From: the human T2T-CHM13v2.0 reference genome, Homo sapiens
Length of the DNA: 64,000 bases
Reading direction: 5' to 3' (one strand)
Assembly: GCF_009914755.1 (NCBI RefSeq)
Contig: NC_060926.1
Shown: positions 58,967-64,000 of the stretch, piece by piece
Position numbering within the stretch: position 1 is the stretch's first letter
Layout: each line of letters opens with the position of its first letter
Made by a program: the position numbers and the translations under genes
The notes under the pieces: generated by a model
Told to the model about the DNA's origin: nothing
The model's database searches: none
Seen by the model: only the letters and a program-made list of their open reading frames with translations

Positions 58967-61900
58967 AATGGTAAACAAAAAGAGCAATATCTAATAAAGA
59001 GAATTAAGAATGTATAATGTGAATTTAGAACTGTTGTACAAAAATACAAAGTTGAGCAGAGGAAGGGAAATGAGGGGGGATGGGCAACGGTTACAGTATT
59101 AAATATGATGGTTAGAAGAGTCTCCATGAAGCGGGAGGTATCTGAGCAAATATCTGAAAAAAGTGAATGAGCTAGTATCCTAAGGGAGAGTATTCCAGAC
59201 AGAAGGAAAAGGAAGTGCCAAAACTCCAAAGTGGGAATATGCCAAGGGTGTCTCAGCAAAAGCCACATTTTAAATTTTAAATCAATCTTTAAGCAAGATG
59301 CTCAATTGTACCGATCACCAACTACTAAAATAGAGGATTTTTTCTGGGAAAGGATGTTCCTTCTTAGAAGTTCTGCTTCAGGCTAGATTGAATTGGGACA
59401 AAAGAGATAAAAAGAAGAGTTATTAAGGAGTCAGCCTTGAGCCATGCCCATAGCTAAAGAACCTGAGGGAGATTGGAGAAGTCAGCAAAACCAGGATTGT
59501 GCCTGTCCTTGAAACTATATGAAGAAGGCTTGGCTAAGAAAAGGAGACTCTGAGGTGACAAATGCAACAAAAAGATTAGGAAGAAGAAAGACTGGAGAAA
59601 CAAGAACCCAGGGCTTACAGAGGCCATTGATGACCTTAGAGAGAGGCCATTGATGGAGAGCACAGGATTCCCAAGTACCCAACATCTCATGTTTTCTATA
59701 CTAGATACAGTGAAAAATCTGTACTTTTAAGAATTAGTAGTATACTAACCAAGGAGTATATGAGTTTTCAACTACCTGTTAAATATTAACAATGTTTTGA
59801 AATCTGTCTTTGGTTAAAAAAAAGTGCCAACAAGTTTGAAAGCCTAAAGTTAAATGTGTTAGGCTTCATACTTAAGGTGTATGCAACTTCTGTTCCGTTT
59901 TGCTCTTACCATCTGCTCTGATTTTATAACAAAGCCCAGTACTGACATGTTGAAGAACTGAGGTCTACACACGCTTTGGCAAAGTGATGTTGCAGGATTG
60001 CTCAATTTACAGAAATTCCCTGGCCTGAAGTATGGCTTTTGTCAGGTCATCACCAAAGCTTGTGCTTTATTAATGTATCAAGGCTTTTTATAGGACACGT
60101 TGATTTTTTTCATTCAAAAACCTGGAAGAAACACATGGTTATAAGATTAAGAATGGAGCCTGTCAATTGAGAGTCTCTTCAACAACTCCTTATTGGATTT
60201 TTTTAAGTTCGTAAGAATTAAAATGTAGCAATAAGTAATAACTCAGTATACTTCTAATAGAATGTTAATAAAAAGGTATGCAAAAATCAGGGATTTATGA
60301 AATTGGTACAGTAAGCTTTGTTTCCTGCTTTCTCTGCCATGACCTAAAATTCATTTTTTAAAATATCTTTCTATGTTATGTAGCAAGCATACCAGAAAAA
60401 GTACTTTGAAAGAAGTAGGAGATCAGACATTTAAAGAATGGGAACAGATCTTAATGTAAGAAAAGAGGCGGGCTTGTTATTCTGGGAAACAAATTGAGAA
60501 AGTGTATTAAAGTTGATGTGATAGATGGTAGGAGTCATCTGGAATTTCAGGATTAGTTATATGGGACTTTCTGAAAAAGATGCAATTCATATTCCAAGTC
60601 AATTCTTTGCCCCCATTCCCTTTCTTCTCCTTGCAGATCCCCATCATGCTGCCCCTATTAAAAACCACTGTCAAGAAAGGACCCACTCTCAGTCTTTTAT
60701 AACTTCCTAACTTCATATGAATTTAAATCAGTGTGTTACTTCTCTGAAGAGTGTTTACATTTTCAACAGGAAAAGAGGCTGGTATCTCCATTTAAAATAA
60801 TTACAAAAACAGCCTGCTTGGTCTGTATGTAAGACCTGGGGAATTTTGTTGGTCGTTTTTTGAGTTGGTGGTTACACTTTTATATTTATTTTTGCTTCCA
60901 TTTTATATTAAAAGAATTCTGTAGTTCCTGTAATTGCAACATGATGAGATTCTCATTGCTTTTAATTAACCTGCCTTTTTCTTTCTCAACTCCACAATTA
61001 ACTTGGCTAAATTTGTTAGCAAATGAAAAATTCTGACTGCGTTAGTTGCATGTTGATTTTACTGTCTACTATTTGATACTTACATCATTATGTTTTAAAT
61101 GAAACAAATCTTAAAATCAGGTCTAGATTTTATATTCTGTGATAAAAATCACCACATTTTCCCCTAAGGCATTGCCCCAGAAATGATTTTTTTAAAAGAT
61201 AGCACTATTGGTTTTATTTCTTGGAAGGGAAAAAATGTCAGTCAGAGTAGTAAGGTAATGATCCAGTTTATTTGGTACTATGAGACTCAAGGATTTAGCA
61301 GTAAAACGAAATCTTTGTTAAAGAAAAAATAAGCATATCATATTAAGAGGAAGAGAATTGAATTTCTATATTTGATGGCAAATCTGGCAACACTAGAAGT
61401 GGTTACCTAAAATTAAAAGCCTTTTACAAACTTTTTATTTCAACTAGTCACTGTAATTGCATAAAAAACAGAAATCTTAATTTTTATAAGCACAGAAATA
61501 TGCATGGATTTTTCCCCCTTCCACCGTCCCCACCAAATCCATAAGATGTATGCTTGATACAAGCAGAGTTAGAGAGAACATAACACTTAGGAAACACCTC
61601 AGTGCCCTACATTAAAGACAAAATAAATTACAGTTCTTCCTTTCCCCAGTAAAGAGCAACAAAATAACAATGTAGGTAGAGGAAATAAGTGAGCCAACTG
61701 AGAGTATGTGGCTGGGCTGGAATCTGGAGATACCACAGTTAAATTAACTTGATTTTCCTTTCTACTACTAGAAGTTTAAGTAAAATACTGGCAGGTCAGG
61801 GGTGGTGTGTGTATATGTGTCCTGTGTGCGTGTGTGTTTGTGCATGCGAGAGAGACAGTCCAAGAGAGATAAAATGGCCTTTGTTCCTTTGAAAACATCA

Positions 61901-63556
61901 TTTCACCTTCTTGGTTCTGAATTTTTCTGAGAAAAACATCCAGTTAATGTCACAATAGCCTCACAGGAACAATTTCCTAGTCCCTGGTAAAAGCCTATAA
62001 GGACTCTCAGGATAGAAGATGCAGTTTTGCAAAGGAGTTCTCAACCTCTGTCAATCTTAATTGATCAAATTGAAAACCAGATGGGCTTATTTATCGAGAC
62101 ATAGGTCCCAAAAGGCAAGAAAATTTATTTAGAAATTATTAAAATGCTAGTCAAATAATGACCAGACAATTACAGGTTGATATTTTTCAGTGGCACTTCT
62201 TCTAAAACATGGGTTCAATGTGACCAGTTTTATATCACCACTTTAAATGATAACTAATGAGAAAAAAAATTGTGTGGGGGTGTCATTGAAATGATCTTTG
62301 CAGCAAATTCTCTTCCTTTGTATTTGTTCTATGAATCGGGGGACTGGAGTTGGCACTCCTCTCAGTTTGGCCATATCCAGATTTTCTGGTTATGTTCTTC
62401 CCTAGAGTAACCGCAGATAGATAAGAGGCTCTGTGCTACACAAGGATCTCAGATAGAACTTGACTTATAAGGAAAAAAAAAATGCACATATTGTGCTCAT
62501 TATTAAGGCAGGAGTGTTTGCCTATTGCTATATTTTTATGAGCATCAATAAGTCTTTAACGATGAATATTACTAATCATCTTTTGGCTAATGTTATTGAG
62601 ACTTTCAATTCATGTGCTAAATTACTTACTCCTGGGGTAAGAGTAGAAAAATCTTTGGAAGAATGATTAATGGGAAGAAGTTGGTGCCAATGAGGTAATT
62701 AATTATTGGTTATTTAATAACCTTTGATTGTTAGAACCATAATCCTTTACTGATAGCAAGTCTACCATACTATCTGGGATAGTGAGACCATTAACTATAA
62801 ATTGGATAATTTGGCTTTTTTTCATTGGTTTGCTGTTAAATTCCTAGAGTAGAACAATAGAGAACCCATTTAAAATAGACATTTAACGAATCAATGAGAC
62901 AACCAACTTCAGGATGTATTTTAATAAATTAAAATACAGCCATAATAAAAATGACTATTCTTTTAACTAACCGTATAAGATGTTGTGTGGTAGAAGTAAA
63001 TGGAAATGGACTTTGAATTCACAAATCCAGAAAACTCTTTAAAGTGGGTATGTTGAACTCCTAATTGATTTTTATTAGTATGATTGGGGCAAAATTTGTT
63101 TTTTTCTTTCTGATTGTGTATTATTAAATAGCAAATGAAAGCAAATAAAAAATGTGTATTAACTCAGTATTTAAAAATATATTAATATCACTTTATAATT
63201 TTAAATAATTTGGTAATGTTTTAGCTATAATAATACATAAGATGTTCAATTGCAATTCCTAGTGTTCAAATCTCAAGTTTTCAGTTGCTTCCACTTAAGC
63301 TTTTAAATATGCTTTTTAAAAAAATTTCTGATTTTTGTTTAAAGTTTAAACTTAAAAGACAGCAACAAAACCAAGATAAAAACAATACATTTTATTTACA
63401 AAACACAAAAAAGATTTTTATCATTATGAAACAATTTGCATTAGACTTCTAGTTGTAATGTAAATATAAAATCAATTTGGTCATTTCCAAATTTTGAAAA
63501 CTTTTTGCTCCTAAAAGCAGTTCTCAGAAATGTTAATTCACACATCTACAGTGGCA

Positions 63557-63580
63557 AAAAAAAAAAAAAAAAAAAAAAAA
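63557..63580. repeat. Poly(A) tract, about 24 nt
   Basis: Uninterrupted A run. Confidence 0.9.
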
Positions 63581-63894
63581 GTCAGTGAGGCTGAGCAACC
63601 ATGGGGCTACTCTTGGAGTAATTAAATACCTTGAACTTTATCTTGAAGTACCTACTTGTTTCTCGGCATTAAGCCTTTAAAGTAGTGTTGAGTTTGAGAC
63701 AAGTACATGAATGAATTGCATATGACATTTATGGCAAGACTTTGTGTCTCATTTCTGTTTTACACTCTTTAAAGTGTTAATTCATTTCATGTTTTAAGCA
63801 TATTAGTGAAATAACTGTAAATGAAGTCTTACATAACTTCTACATCCTATTTTTATCTCTTTATAATGGAAACGAAAAATAAAAGACCATGGTG

Positions 63895-64000
63895 GTTCGT
63901 TCATTCATTTAACAAATATTCACTGAAAGTTTCCTGAAAGGCACTGGACAAGCTATTAAAAGTTTACATTTTAGTAGGGCAGATATGCATTAAACAAAAA
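63895..64000 (-). mobile_element. L2 3' end fragment
   Basis: ttcattcatttaacaaatattcactga...ggcactgg. Confidence 0.5.

Larger units (their letters stand above)
58390..59270 (-). mobile_element. L2a fragment, interrupted by MLT1A0
   Basis: gtgccagtcactgttctagg...cagtgaacaaaat on the left; gagtattccagacagaaggaaaagg...ccaagggtgtctcag on the right. Confidence 0.6.

Noticed and set aside
63557-63580. Orphan poly(A) as a solo retrotransposed tail
   Set aside because: No convincing TSD (only cagtg, offset) and no upstream element or polyadenylation signal.

Overview
AT-rich, repeat-dense primate (most likely human or great-ape) genomic DNA, not prokaryotic. I find no intact protein-coding gene: the recognisable ORFs in the track are decayed LINE-1 ORF1/ORF2, Alu- or LTR-derived, or a Tigger transposase remnant, and the rest look like chance ORFs. 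The window looks like the inside of a very long + strand transcription unit. Large L1s and most LTRs lie on the - strand, and there is one well-formed 101-nt exon (52014-52114) with stops in all three frames. I see no evidence of a new multi-gene system. The most notable observations are: (1) a full-length L1 at 3711-9841 that appears chimeric (young L1PA2-like 3' part fused in register to an older L1PA4/5 5' part), has no TSD and is missing flanking sequence on both sides, which fits an L1-mediated deletion; (2) the non-coding exon, plus a candidate recursive splice site and an L1 antisense promoter on the same strand; (3) several tiny TSD-bounded retrotransposition events, including a ~30-bp Alu and an L1 with a micro twin-priming inversion; (4) two near-perfect palindromes and a close inverted Alu pair. 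Subfamily names come from recalled consensus sequences read by eye and need RepeatMasker/Dfam confirmation.
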